A stretch of DNA of 64,000 bases from an uncultured Methanosarcinales archaeon (GCA_963843555.1 CAWJKV010000002.1:160001-224000); one strand, 5' to 3'; shown: positions 51,910 to 62,944, numbered from the stretch's first letter. A program made the numbers and translations. Notes: generated from the letters alone by a model not told the origin.

Positions 51910-54000
51910 TCATTCATTCGGTCGCCCTGGAAGATATGTTTCCCCAACAATCTTCTCCGCTGCTCGGAAAGCAAATGCAGCTATCAGCATAGTAGGATTT
52001 ACTCCCGGCGACTCCGGCAGAACGGATCCATCGACTACAAACATGTCGGGATACACTTTGACTTTGTCAGGTGTGCCGTCGTTCCAAAAGACCTGGCCGT
52101 AGCTGTTGACCGCTCCTTCATCCATATTGGCGCCCATGGGACATCCGCCAAGAGGATGAAGAATTACTGCCGTGCTGCTCTTGGGATCCTTGAAATTCCA
52201 GAAGGGAGTATAGACCCTATTTGCACCACCGGCATCCATCTCTCCTGCCAGCTTTTTCATTCCGTCAACAGTAGCCTTAAGAACCTGGTTGTTATCTGCC
52301 GCCGGCCATTTGACGAATATCTTCTCGCCTGGATCGTTCGTGGTCTCCAGGTCTTTCCACTTGGGTTTGAGGCTAATGGATCCTGACTTTTCACCTCTGC
52401 CCATTCCCGAAAAGGCGTAGAACCTGGAGATGCGCTCCTCAGGAGACGCAAATGGATCGGTACGGTCGGTTGAGACCCAGGTCAGCAGTGCTTCCATGAA
52501 ATTTCGTGTGGATTCGTCCTTTGCAGTGCCGGTTTTGAGGATATCAACCAGGACCTTCCTGGCTGAAGGATCGTTCCAAATGGTGGTGAACAGACGAACC
52601 AGTGATGTGGTGGATATGCCCCCTGATAGGATGCCCAAAACCCCGAATTTGAACAGTAAATTCAGGTCCTTAGTCAGATCATCCAGGTGGTTTAGATTTA
52701 CTTCCTTTGCGCCATGAGCGAGCAGTTCCAACATCGTTGCAACAAGTGGTGCGACCATCTTGGGAAGAGTCGTGTCTTCAATGGCAAAAGCGAAATCGTT
52801 GCCCCCGGTCTTAAAAGAGACATACGATGTATTTATGGGCCCTCGGGTCACATCCAGTGTTCTGTGCTCCAGGGTCATGAACCCGAAGATGTCGCCATTT
52901 GTTACGAATCTTGTACCCAGTGCTTTGCTCAATTTGAGGCTGCCTCTTGCAGAGCACTTCAGGAGCAGCTCTGTAGAACCCAGTGAGCCTGCCGCGATTA
53001 TTAACGACCTGGCGAGGACATATTTCTGCGTTCTTTGCTCAGTTTTAGGATCGTACTGGAAGTATTTTATCTTATACTGATATTCGTCCCCTTCTTTGAA
53101 TTCGATATCATAAACTTCACACAGCTCGCGAACCTCCATGGGCTTGGGCTTTTTGGGTGGCTCAGGATTTATGGCGTCGAATAGCTGATGGCTGAAAGTA
53201 TGTCTGGCATTGGGAACGCACCCCAGAACGCATCGCCCCTGTCGCTGGCAGACGTTTTCCTGGCTTTTCAGTAGCCTCTTGAGCTCATCAAGGGGCGGAT
53301 TTGAGGCATCAAATAGGCCTGCTGGGACATTAGTTGTCGTTAGATCCAGATCGAAATCCCCTACCAATTTACCGTCTTCGTTTTTGACGTTGACAATATC
53401 GGTGTTCCCGCCATCGATCAGCGCCTGGCCGGCATCCTGAAAGGCTTTTGTCTTTTCTAGCAGGTTTCGGCTTAGACCGGCATTGGTTGTTATCCTGTTC
53501 ACGACAAGAAATTGCAAAACCTTATCGAAATAGTCTTCAAGTTTCTTGCCCTCAAATTGGGTCGGCCAGTTCTTGTAAACGCTGCTAGGCGGCTCGAGTG
53601 TGACATTGGAATAAACCAGAGAACCGCCACCTACACCACTGGCCTGTATTGAATGTACGTTGCCTAAAACCTTGTAATCGTAAAGCCCTGTCTTGGAGAG
53701 CGTTCTATTGGCAGACAGGAGTTCCAGAAGACCGGAAGTGTTATCCGGATGGGGCCAGAAGTGATAGGGCCTGCCGTTATCTTCAAGAAATTCGCGCATG
53801 TTGGGGGACGTCTTTCTGCTTGCTTTGGGAACGAAATTCATCTCATGGGAGAGCCACCATTGTCCTCGTTCGAAGACACAAACCTTTTTGTCGGTACCAT
53901 TTTTGGTGTTATCATCCTGGAACTTATTCGCAAGAGACAAGGCGAGTATGGTCCCTCCGAATCCTGAGCCCACAACCACCGCCTCGAAATTATCAGTCAT
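51910..54000 (-). CDS. GMC oxidoreductase, cholesterol-oxidase-like
   Basis: VVGSGFGG, GVGGGSLVYSNV, CQRQGRCVLGC, AAGSLGSTELL, HPLGGC, VVDGS, GVNP. Confidence 0.85.
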   Translation of the reverse strand: MTDNFEAVVVGSGFGGTILALSLANKFQDDNTKNGTDKKVCVFERGQWWLSHEMNFVPKASRKTSPNMREFLEDNGRPYHFWPHPDNTSGLLELLSANRTLSKTGLYDYKVLGNVHSIQASGVGGGSLVYSNVTLEPPSSVYKNWPTQFEGKKLEDYFDKVLQFLVVNRITTNAGLSRNLLEKTKAFQDAGQALIDGGNTDIVNVKNEDGKLVGDFDLDLTTTNVPAGLFDASNPPLDELKRLLKSQENVCQRQGRCVLGCVPNARHTFSHQLFDAINPEPPKKPKPMEVRELCEVYDIEFKEGDEYQYKIKYFQYDPKTEQRTQKYVLARSLIIAAGSLGSTELLLKCSARGSLKLSKALGTRFVTNGDIFGFMTLEHRTLDVTRGPINTSYVSFKTGGNDFAFAIEDTTLPKMVAPLVATMLELLAHGAKEVNLNHLDDLTKDLNLLFKFGVLGILSGGISTTSLVRLFTTIWNDPSARKVLVDILKTGTAKDESTRNFMEALLTWVSTDRTDPFASPEERISRFYAFSGMGRGEKSGSISLKPKWKDLETTNDPGEKIFVKWPAADNNQVLKATVDGMKKLAGEMDAGGANRVYTPFWNFKDPKSSTAVILHPLGGCPMGANMDEGAVNSYGQVFWNDGTPDKVKVYPDMFVVDGSVLPESPGVNPTMLIAAFAFRAAEKIVGETYLPGRPNE

Positions 54001-54096
54001 AGGGTTAAATTGTGCGCTGAAGATATTTAGATGTAGCGAATTTTGCATACCGGCAAGCATAAGTTAGCGAAATGCAATACTGTATGCTGAAGCGGT

Positions 54097-55089
54097 TTGA
54101 TGATTGAAATAGATGGTTCTTTTGGGGAAGGCGGAGGCCAGATCGTCCGAACAGCCGTGGCGCTATCCGCAGTGACGGGAAAGCCCGTCCGCATAGCCAG
54201 GATCCGGCAAGGTCGGCCTAAACCGGGCCTTGCCCCCCAGCATACATGGGCGATACTCGCCCTGGCGGAACTGTGCGATGCCAAAACCTCAGGTATTGCG
54301 CCAGGATCATCAGAGATCACCTTTGCGCCGGGAGAGATCCGCGGAGGCAGCCACAAAGTAAAGATAGGAACAGCCGGGAGCGTTACTCTTCTTATGCAGT
54401 GCCTTCTGCCCGCAATGCTCAAGACCGATATCCCTGTGTCTCTGGAGGTTCAGGGCGGCACTGATGTGCAGTGGGCCCCCACGGTGGATTATTTCAAAAA
54501 TGTCTTCTTGCCGGCGGTGGGGTGCTTTGGCGCCAGAGTCAGCCTTGAGGTGAGACAGAGAGGATATTATCCCAGGGGACAGGGAAGCGCGCTCTTAAAG
54601 GTCGATCCCGCGAAGCTGAAGGCCGCCCACTTAATTGGCATGACCAAAGACACTGTAATGGGAATATCTCACTGCTCGAATTTGCCGGAGCATGTGGCCA
54701 GAAGGCAGGCTGAAGCCGCACTAAAGGAGCTGCATGTTTCGGGCTATGAGGCCAGAATTGCTCTGGAGGCCCTCCGCCTGCCTTCCATGGGTAGCGGCAT
54801 AACCCTCTGGTCAGGCTTCAAAGGCGCAAGCCATCTTGGTGAGCGGGGGCTCCCTGCAGAAACTGTAGGGAAAAAAGCTGCAGAAGCGCTTATACTTGAG
54901 CTGAAATCCGGGGCATCAGTGGATGTGCATCTCGCGGATCAGCTTATTCCCTATCTTGCGCTGGCAGGCGGGAGCTATACCTCTAGGGAGATCTCCCCCC
55001 ATGCCAGAACCAACATCTGGACAGCGGAGCATTTTCTGGACCGGAAGATCTCTCTATCTGGTGAAGGGATCATCAAGCTCGAAGCTTGA
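54097..55089 (+). CDS. rtcA: RNA 3'-terminal phosphate cyclase
   Basis: DGSFGEGGGQ, RPKPGL, GGTDV, RGYYPRG, HLADQL. Confidence 0.95.
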   Translation: MMIEIDGSFGEGGGQIVRTAVALSAVTGKPVRIARIRQGRPKPGLAPQHTWAILALAELCDAKTSGIAPGSSEITFAPGEIRGGSHKVKIGTAGSVTLLMQCLLPAMLKTDIPVSLEVQGGTDVQWAPTVDYFKNVFLPAVGCFGARVSLEVRQRGYYPRGQGSALLKVDPAKLKAAHLIGMTKDTVMGISHCSNLPEHVARRQAEAALKELHVSGYEARIALEALRLPSMGSGITLWSGFKGASHLGERGLPAETVGKKAAEALILELKSGASVDVHLADQLIPYLALAGGSYTSREISPHARTNIWTAEHFLDRKISLSGEGIIKLEA

Positions 55090-55111
55090 ATTCATGCCGG
55101 TGGGGCAGAAA

Positions 55112-55798
55112 TTAGGCAGAGCTGTATCGCTTCAAATAGGATTCTATGTATTTTCCGATCTCTTTGCCCCTGTAAATTCCAGCATGCCCCTCGCAGAGCA
55201 CATCCGCCTTGAGGTCAAGCAGCTTTTGCATGGATGCTCTCCATTGCGCCAGGTCTGAGCCCCAGGCGGGTGAGAACGGGCCGTGAATGTCCTGGCCGAA
55301 GAGGACCCTGCCGTCCCTGGTATCGATATAAACGGAAATGCTCCCGGGCGTGTGGCCGGGCGTGTGCAGGAAGTTGAACTCCAGATCGCCAATATGCATC
55401 CCTGCGCGCTCCCCCTTAAGGATTGTGTCCACCTTGACCGGCTTGTAGTCCACGCCGTACATGCTTGCCGCGGTGAGATCGTTATTCTCGCCTTCGATTC
55501 CCGCTCGATCAAGTTCATGAGCGATTACTTTGCATCCATAGCGCTCCTTCCAGAGGGACAGGCCTCCGATGTGGTCGATGTGGCAATGCGTAGCGATAAT
55601 ATGCCAGATCTGGGCGGGCTCAAATCCCAGGGACCGAATGTTATCCTCAATTTTGCCCGCGGCATAGCCGACGCCGGCGTCAATCAGTAATAGCTCGCTA
55701 TCTGCATCCACAAGATAGACATAGGCGTCTTCAGGCGCAGAGAGGCCTGGCCCGCCGACAGCGTAAACCCGATCACATATGGCCTTTGGTTTAGACAT
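55112..55798 (-). CDS. MBL-fold metallo-hydrolase
   Basis: THCHIDHIGG, HTPGHTPG, LCEGH. Confidence 0.9.
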   Translation of the reverse strand: MSKPKAICDRVYAVGGPGLSAPEDAYVYLVDADSELLLIDAGVGYAAGKIEDNIRSLGFEPAQIWHIIATHCHIDHIGGLSLWKERYGCKVIAHELDRAGIEGENNDLTAASMYGVDYKPVKVDTILKGERAGMHIGDLEFNFLHTPGHTPGSISVYIDTRDGRVLFGQDIHGPFSPAWGSDLAQWRASMQKLLDLKADVLCEGHAGIYRGKEIGKYIESYLKRYSSA

Positions 55799-55815
55799 TG
55801 CATCTCCTCATTGAA

Positions 55816-56490
55816 TTATCGAGTCTTCTTTTTCATCTCATTCTCTTCCTTCATCCTTGAGGCCCTGAGCTTTCTGATGCTGAAGTAGTACTCCACCAGC
55901 AGGGCAAGGCCTGCCAGGGCCAGAATGGAGAGGATCAAAGCTAATGCCTGCGGAGCATTTTTCCGGTAGTAATCCACTTCTATATACGAAATAGAAGTCG
56001 TATTATTCCAGATGAGAATTTTTCCCGCATCGTCCTCAGTGATCTCGTCCGGAGATGGCCGGGCGATCCCCAGGCTGCGGTCTCCTGTGGTGTATCCCTT
56101 GGGCAAAATTATGCGCACCGGTCGGTGGTCTTTAATGGGAAGTACGAACTGCTGGCCCTGCAGGGTTATGTTGTAGACCAGCCTTCCTGTGACAGGTCTC
56201 TCAAAGTTCAGGCTGTAGGTATAGTCACCTTGCCAGAATTCAAAACTGCTGTTGAAGGCCACGCTCTTGCCTTTTTCGTCAAAGAGCGTCATATTCCCTA
56301 CATTTTCAGTCAGAGTGAGATTCAATTCACTGGCATTAATAGGCACAACGACCTCTGCCACTCTCTCGCCAAGAATGTAGGTAGTTCCGTTGAACTCAGT
56401 CCCGTTTAACTCAGCTCCAATAGAGATCGTGCAGATGATGGCCAGGGTGATGAGAGCCCGTGCGCCCACCTTGAGGAGAAGATCGTACAT
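55816..56490 (-). CDS. Membrane-anchored exported protein (DUF5803-like)
   Basis: Signal and C-terminal TM; LPKGYTTG..LGIARP. Confidence 0.6.
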   Translation of the reverse strand: MYDLLLKVGARALITLAIICTISIGAELNGTEFNGTTYILGERVAEVVVPINASELNLTLTENVGNMTLFDEKGKSVAFNSSFEFWQGDYTYSLNFERPVTGRLVYNITLQGQQFVLPIKDHRPVRIILPKGYTTGDRSLGIARPSPDEITEDDAGKILIWNNTTSISYIEVDYYRKNAPQALALILSILALAGLALLVEYYFSIRKLRASRMKEENEMKKKTR

Positions 56491-56648
56491 CGTTAGACTT
56501 GAGGATACACTCCAGCTTTATCAAGGGCGCGCCTATCTCCTTCCAGAATGAGTCACGAAGATATAATTCCAAGAAGAACAACTACGCTCTGAAGATGTGC
56601 TTCGAAAGACATGGGCGTTAAAAGATATAAGCTTCAGGAGATGACGGC

Positions 56649-57431
56649 TTGAGATGCAATCGATGCAAGATTCAATCATATCTTATTGATCTTGATGGTG
56701 TTCTTTATGTGGGCAAGAATCCCGTTCCCGGGGTCAGGGAGTGCCTGGAGAAGGTGGAAGAGAGTGGATACGGCATAAGATTTGTCTCCAACTCAACGCG
56801 CAGATGTCGAGGCTCAGTAGCTATGCGCCTCAAGGGCCTGGGATACGATATTCCTTCGAATAGTATCTTCACACCATCATTGAGGGCTATCGAATACATG
56901 AAGAAATCAGAAAGAGAAAGATGCTTCCTGCTTACCGCTGGAGATGTCTTCAGGGATTTCGAGGATGCCAAGATTCGCACAAGTGAAGAGGATGTGGACT
57001 ATGTAGTCGTGGGGGATGCCGGCAATGGCTTTACCTTTGAGCGCTTAAATCAGGCCCTGCGTCTGATCTTGGACGGGGCTGATATCCTGGCCCTGGAGAT
57101 GGATAGATACTGGAAAGAGCCGGAAGGGCTGGTTTTATCCGCAGGTCCTTTTGTTGCGGCTCTCGAATATGCCTCAGGAAAAAAGGCAGAGCTGATGGGT
57201 AAACCGTCTCCGGAATTCTTCCAAATGGCTCTGAACGACCTGGAGGTTGGGCCCAAAGATGCTGCAATGGTTGGAGATGATATCCTGACCGATGTGCTGG
57301 GAGCTCAGAAGATGGGCATGCAGGGAATTCTGGTCAAGACAGGCAAGTATCGCGAGGATCTGGCAGCCAGCTCTGGCGTTTTGCCCGATTTAGTTCTGGA
57401 GTCGCTGGCTGGCCTTGCCAGGCACATTTGA
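56649..57431 (+). CDS. HAD-superfamily subfamily IIA hydrolase
   Basis: DLDGVL, VSNST, GKPS, MVGDDILTDV, VKTGKY. Confidence 0.9.
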   Translation: MRCNRCKIQSYLIDLDGVLYVGKNPVPGVRECLEKVEESGYGIRFVSNSTRRCRGSVAMRLKGLGYDIPSNSIFTPSLRAIEYMKKSERERCFLLTAGDVFRDFEDAKIRTSEEDVDYVVVGDAGNGFTFERLNQALRLILDGADILALEMDRYWKEPEGLVLSAGPFVAALEYASGKKAELMGKPSPEFFQMALNDLEVGPKDAAMVGDDILTDVLGAQKMGMQGILVKTGKYREDLAASSGVLPDLVLESLAGLARHI

Positions 57432-57442
57432 AGAATTCAGAT

Positions 57443-59760
57443 TCAGCCTCTTCGATTCTTTATGATCTGTTCATATGCATCTGCGGCAGGAGTTCTCTTA
57501 CGAGTCAATGCTGGATCATGATCCAGATCGATGTTATACAGCCCGAAATCACTGGCATCATTAAACTCAAGATCCCATTCCCGGTTGGATGTTATGGCCC
57601 AATAGAGATAGGCATCTACCTTCATTCCGTCCTTTATTGCTCTTTGTACCTGCAACACATGCTCTCGAATATATTTTACCCTCTCCCATCCGTCTGCTAC
57701 CTTTACTGAGCCATTTTCGCATATGACTATAGGATGATTTGGGAATTTTTGGTTCAGATCTTTCAAAATATCGTAGAGAGCTCCAGGCCAGACCGGCGCC
57801 TGATCGAAGCGCTTGTAAGAAGCATCTATCAATCGTTGAATACGCTCAATGTGCAGGCTCGATATGCCCCAATAATAATCCAGGCCGACGAAGTCCATCT
57901 TCTTTTCGCAACCATGAGGACACAGATATTCTTCCAGCTCACCCGCCATGCCCATATACCACCAATTGGTTAACATAATTGTGGATAGGATCGTGTATTG
58001 CCTGAAGGTCCAATCGAGCAGGCTCGGCACGGGCTCCACTGCGGTCATGCGATTCTGAATGGCCACGGATTTTAGCTGAACTTTCTCTGAATTGCCAAAT
58101 ATCCTCTCTGCCAGGGCATGGGCCAGGTCGATCTCGAGCCCCTCAAGATCGCCCGTTTCGGGGTTGCGGTATCCGAAGCCGGGAAGGTCTTCTCTGACTG
58201 CGACGACCAGGTGGCCACGATCCTGTATGCGACGCAGAGCTGTTCCTGTAGGGGCTTTGGGTACGGGCTCTTTTGGTAACGGCTCTTTGGCTTCTTCGTG
58301 CCGTGCCAACGAAGCTTTTGGGCTGGATTCGCCAAATGCAAGCCTTCGAGCAGACCTCAAGGGCTTCTCAATCGCAAGACCCGTGATTTTCTCGTATTTG
58401 TCCCTCCATTGCGCCGTCTCTGCCGACTCATTGAAGTCTCTAATAACGGAATTGACCACCTTCAGCAGTCCGCTGTCGCCCTTGGCAATCGCTGCTGCAT
58501 ATTTTTCACTGCTTGTTGGTTGCAGCTCAATGATCCTGTATCTCCCAGGGTGTTGCACTATCAGCCCGGAAAGGATTGTATTGTCGGAAAGAAGGGCGAC
58601 GTTTCCCATCTGGTCAAGGTATCGTAGATGCCTTCGGATAATCGTCCAGGACTATGGATTGAGAATCCTTTAGGAGTAGTGGGAGGTTTTTCTCCGCTGT
58701 AGTTCCCTTGACCACAACAATCTCTCCCGTCAGGTCCTGGACGCTCGCCACACCGCTGCCGGACTCTACTAAGAGCTGCTGGCGGGTTATGAAATAATCA
58801 TCGGAGAATGCAACCTGCTCTTCGCGTTCGGGGGTCCTGGTTAGAGCTGCCAGGACAACATCTGGTTTGTTCTTATCCGAGACATTAGCCCTAAGTCTAC
58901 TGATTCTGTCCCCTCTGATCAGGTCTCGCTTCAGAGCCAGGCGATCTGCCTGTTTTTGCAGGTCCTTGTCTCCCTTTATGACCGATGCATTTCTGTTGAC
59001 GAGCTTCTGCAACCATAAAGGCAAACCGAAGAAATACTGATTAGCGCCTATCAGGGCATGCGGATTTTCGGCTTTGATGATCTCATATGCTCTCTTATGG
59101 GATAAAAACAGGTTGCGAATCAGTTTGCCTACTTCATCCATCTGTTCAGTCGTCGAAGTGCCCGCAGCGAGGCCAGGAGGAGCGGCGTAATATTCGTCCC
59201 ACCAGGGCTTGAGGTAACCGCCCATCAATAGATTCGGTTCGTTGAAGGTGATCCAGTAGGGCACATCTTTGGCAAAGTGCCTGGCTACCTCACTCACGTA
59301 ATTAGCAAATATATCCGGAAATCCTTCCGCCGTCATTCCTCCGCGTTCTTGCACATGTACCGGCCAGGTGAAGTGGTGGAGCGTCAATACCGGCTTCATA
59401 TGGCAAGAGATGATCTTGGCAATCAGCTTTCTATAGTGTTCAATGGCTTCCTGGTTGAACTGGCCCGGCGCAGGTTCAATGCGAGACCAGGCGATTGAGA
59501 AGCGAAATGCTGAACAACCGAGCTTCTCTGCTATGTCAATATCCTCCCCATACCGATGCCAAAAGTCAGTAGCCTTTCCTCGCGCTGCTTTGGGATCACG
59601 CATCCCCTCCCACCAGTCACGGATGTCAACACATTTTGAGTTAAAAGCCTCGCATTGATGATCTGCAGTGGCAACTCCAAATATGAAAGAATCCGGAAGA
59701 GGAGGATGGTCGCCTTTATTGAACAAACCTGCCAAAGACTCTTTTATTGTCGTCTCCCAT
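57443..59760 (-). CDS. Glycoside hydrolase family 1 with an inserted amino-acid-type solute-binding (SBP_bac_3) domain; frameshift near 58625
   Basis: FGVATADHQCE, FRFSIAWSRI, TFNEP, ICENG, YLYW, FGLY flank SBP motifs (TPEREEQVAFS, KGTT, LRRIQDRG, LEGLEIDLA). Confidence 0.8.
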
Positions 59761-59889
59761 CAACCCCTATCAATCGATCCGCTTATGTCCGCTTATAATT
59801 GAGCGAATACTATCTGATTATATTTTAATCCTTCTGCTTGACAGAACGAAAACTCGATTAAATCATCCAAAAGGAGTTTTATGATCTAT

Positions 59890-60405
59890 CTAATCAGGAA
59901 CTGCATTTTCGTCCATGCTGAAGAGCTTGAATTTTGAGGAGACATACAAGTGCCTGGATTTCTCAGGGTTGCCGCCAGTACCTACGACCTTGCCGACAAA
60001 GACCGTATGATCGCCTGTCTCGAACTGATCTACCACCTTGCATTCAAATGCGGCTGTGACTCCTTCAATGGTGGGAACCTTCACACCAACCGAATCTACC
60101 AGCTTAAGCCCTGCAAGCTTTATCTTATCACCATCACGACCCGATTTCGTGCCGCAGATCAAAGCGGCATCAGATTGATCGCTGCAGGGATAGTTGACAA
60201 CAAACTCCTTGTGCGTCTGGATACCTTCATGGGAGTACCGTCTGCGATCGATAGAGATCAATATCATAAATGGCTCGAAGGAAGTCCTGGTAACCCATGC
60301 TACGCCCATGGCGTTGGGTCGCCCATTCTTATCCAATGAGGTTACCAATACATAAGGAAAAGGCGCGGATAAAGCTATGGCTTCAGATTCTTTCAAATTC
60401 TGCAT
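59890..60405 (-). CDS. Flavin reductase family (flavoredoxin-like) protein
   Basis: PNAMGVAW, CGTKSGRDGDK, ECKVV, GDHTVFVG. Confidence 0.88.
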   Translation of the reverse strand: MQNLKESEAIALSAPFPYVLVTSLDKNGRPNAMGVAWVTRTSFEPFMILISIDRRRYSHEGIQTHKEFVVNYPCSDQSDAALICGTKSGRDGDKIKLAGLKLVDSVGVKVPTIEGVTAAFECKVVDQFETGDHTVFVGKVVGTGGNPEKSRHLYVSSKFKLFSMDENAVPD

Positions 60406-60705
60406 CTTGAACACCTTGAAGAATGTGGCATGAGATAGAATAAATAGTCTTCTCAAACTCTTTTCGGAAAATTTCTATATTTTCCCTTTTATGAGTTCTG
60501 TAAGTAAAAATTTTCGTTCAAAGAAAGATCATCTTCAATTTGGTGATACGAGGCTCTACTGTCACTCATTGCCATCAGTAGATCGCAATACCTCTCCGTC
60601 ATTAAGTCGGTTACCTGCCAATAAGAGCCGATGCCATTTCGGAAATGGGGAATGAAATGTTCCCCACCCAACGATTCAGATCGACTTCACCAAACTGTCT
60701 TCAGG

Positions 60706-61218
60706 CTATCCTGATAATATCTTTTCGTATTCAAGCTCGTCTTTGGGAATGGGCGCTTTCTTCTCATCCGGATAGCCAAAGGCGATCATGGATTCCACCT
60801 TCAAATTTTCTGGAAGACGCAGAGCTTTTTTGATATAATCTTCGGATGATTGATCGCTGTTGTGCATTCTATTTCTGATCTGGATCCAGCAGGAGCCAAG
60901 ACCCATGCTCTGACCTGTGAGCTGCAGTATAATCGATGCGATAGAGCAATCCTCGACCCAAACATCAGACTCTTCTTCCACAGCAGAGATGACCACACCC
61001 AGTCGTGCCCCTTTCAGGAAGCCTGAGCCGCTCGGTTTGGCTCGGGAGAGCTCTTCTAGCAATGCTCTATCTGTGACAAAAAAGAAGCGCCAGGGGTTGC
61101 TGCCGCGAGACGTTGGAGAGCGCAGAGCAGCCTCTTTGAGCCGTTCGATCAACTCCTGTTCTATCTCTTTATCTTTGAAGGTCCTGATACTGCGTCGGTT
61201 TCTCAATATGTCGAGCAC
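60706..61218 (-). CDS. Nitroreductase family protein
   Basis: RRSIRTF, SPTSRGSNPWRF, GLGSCW, FGYPDE. Confidence 0.9.
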   Translation of the reverse strand: MLDILRNRRSIRTFKDKEIEQELIERLKEAALRSPTSRGSNPWRFFFVTDRALLEELSRAKPSGSGFLKGARLGVVISAVEEESDVWVEDCSIASIILQLTGQSMGLGSCWIQIRNRMHNSDQSSEDYIKKALRLPENLKVESMIAFGYPDEKKAPIPKDELEYEKILSG

Positions 61219-61860
61219 AATAATCTCCCCAATATATACTAAACAATGCTTGCATGATTCAAATATCTTTCAGTCGCACCTTGATTGGCACAGAGATAGC
61301 AGACAGTTAGTTGATCAACAGTATTTGAGGCAACCTCCATTTCGAACTGCTCTGCAAACGCATTTTCGAATTGATTTTCTAACGACTTGGCCGTGCGTTT
61401 ATGCTCTCGGGCGTGCTCTCGCATGGCGCGCATGCCCGCGTGGGCTTGCCGCCTGGGGGGCCAGGTGGCCGGTCGGACAATGCGGTCGAGGGGCTTGCCT
61501 ACGGAAGGGCGGCGTTTTGAGGGGGGGGGCTGGATTGCCTGAACTCCGGAGTCCGCCGCCCGTTGTCCGGGATGTCCGAGCCACGACCGTCGGGCGGGCG
61601 GCTCATTTCTTGCTCAGCAGATGCAGGACTGGTCGCTGACAGAGCCGCTGGGCAACAATCCACTTTCAGCTTGACGTTTCATCTGCGCCTACTGATTTAA
61701 CTTCAGAAAAATCCTCATTAGATCTGGCTTCCGTAACATAGTGCTCTAGAACCCGCCATATTCGAGTGATTGGGAAAAATGTCGGGAGTTCGAGAGAAGG
61801 GCTCCTGGCATGCGAAAGCCTTTTATTGCTACGTTTGAATCTAGCCCTGGTGGGGTCAGT

Positions 61861-62418
61861 ATGAAGACTGCATTTGCAGTAGTGGTGGCATTACTAATAG
61901 CATGCCTTTTGGCCGCGGGCTGTTTTGCCCAGAGCACGAGCCGTTTCCAGGGTGTGGGTGGAGACTACGGTAGAAACGTATTAAATAGCCTGAATGCTTC
62001 AAATCCCCAGCCGACTGCAGCAAGCAATAGCAATAACAGCCTGTGGAATTGGGGAGGCGCGCCCAAAGGAAGAATATTGATCGATGGTAATCTCATTGGC
62101 GATCCCAGATACACAATGAAGAATCTCAGCGTTACAAACAACTGGCTGGGCGATTCACTCGTGGACCCGTATGGGGACACTCCTGCTTATTCCTATACAG
62201 ATCCAGTAACTGGCAAGCCGGTTAAGACCTATGTGGACCCGAACACCGGGCAGACTTACTACACATATACAGATTCCAAGACGGGAAGACTGGTTTACGT
62301 CTACTTCAACCCTGAGACTGGGGAGCCGACGTATGCAAGCTTTACTCCCATTTCCGGCCAGTATGTAGAACAGGAGCAGTTTGCTCTGCCGCCGATCTTC
62401 AGATCCAGTGGTCTCTGA
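61861..62418 (+). CDS. Secreted hypothetical protein, paralog 1
   Basis: Signal; FQGVGGDYGRNVL, SLWNWGGAPKG, repeated YxDPxTG. Confidence 0.7.
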   Translation: MKTAFAVVVALLIACLLAAGCFAQSTSRFQGVGGDYGRNVLNSLNASNPQPTAASNSNNSLWNWGGAPKGRILIDGNLIGDPRYTMKNLSVTNNWLGDSLVDPYGDTPAYSYTDPVTGKPVKTYVDPNTGQTYYTYTDSKTGRLVYVYFNPETGEPTYASFTPISGQYVEQEQFALPPIFRSSGL

Positions 62419-62470
62419 AATGCGAAAGCCTTTTATCGTGCTGCACTAATGTTAGAATGGTGGGTTCAGA

Positions 62471-62944
62471 ATGAAGACTGCTTTAGCAGTAATGGTGATG
62501 ACAATAGCTTGTCTCTTGGTGCTGGACTGCTCCGCACAAAGCATGGGCAGTTTCCAGAGTGTGGGTGGAGATTTCGGCAAAAATGTGCTGACCAGCCTGA
62601 ATGCTCCGAATTCCCAATCGAATGCTACAAATGCAACTAACGCGACCAACGCAACGAGCGATAATAACAGCCTGTGGAACTGGGGAAGTGTGCCCAAGGG
62701 AAGCCTGCTGGCGAATGGAAAGCTCGTAGCTGATCCATTCAATACCTGGATGTCTACCGATTTCGCCAACAGCGGGATGGCTCAGGTTGGAGTCGATCCT
62801 TATAAAGGATATCCGATCTATGCCTACGAAGTTCCCAATACTGGCGAGACCAAGTATTTCTATATGGATCCTTTGACCGGTGAGCCATTCTATCTGGAAG
62901 GGTATAATGGCGCTGTTGCTCCAGATACAGCCCCAGAGTGGTAG
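62471..62944 (+). CDS. Secreted hypothetical protein, paralog 2
   Basis: Signal; FQSVGGDFGKNVL, NATx4, SLWNWGSVPKG. Confidence 0.7.
   Translation: MKTALAVMVMTIACLLVLDCSAQSMGSFQSVGGDFGKNVLTSLNAPNSQSNATNATNATNATSDNNSLWNWGSVPKGSLLANGKLVADPFNTWMSTDFANSGMAQVGVDPYKGYPIYAYEVPNTGETKYFYMDPLTGEPFYLEGYNGAVAPDTAPEW

Noticed and set aside
60917..61639. 240-aa + strand ORF
   Set aside because: Antisense to the nitroreductase, plus GC-rich low-complexity run-on
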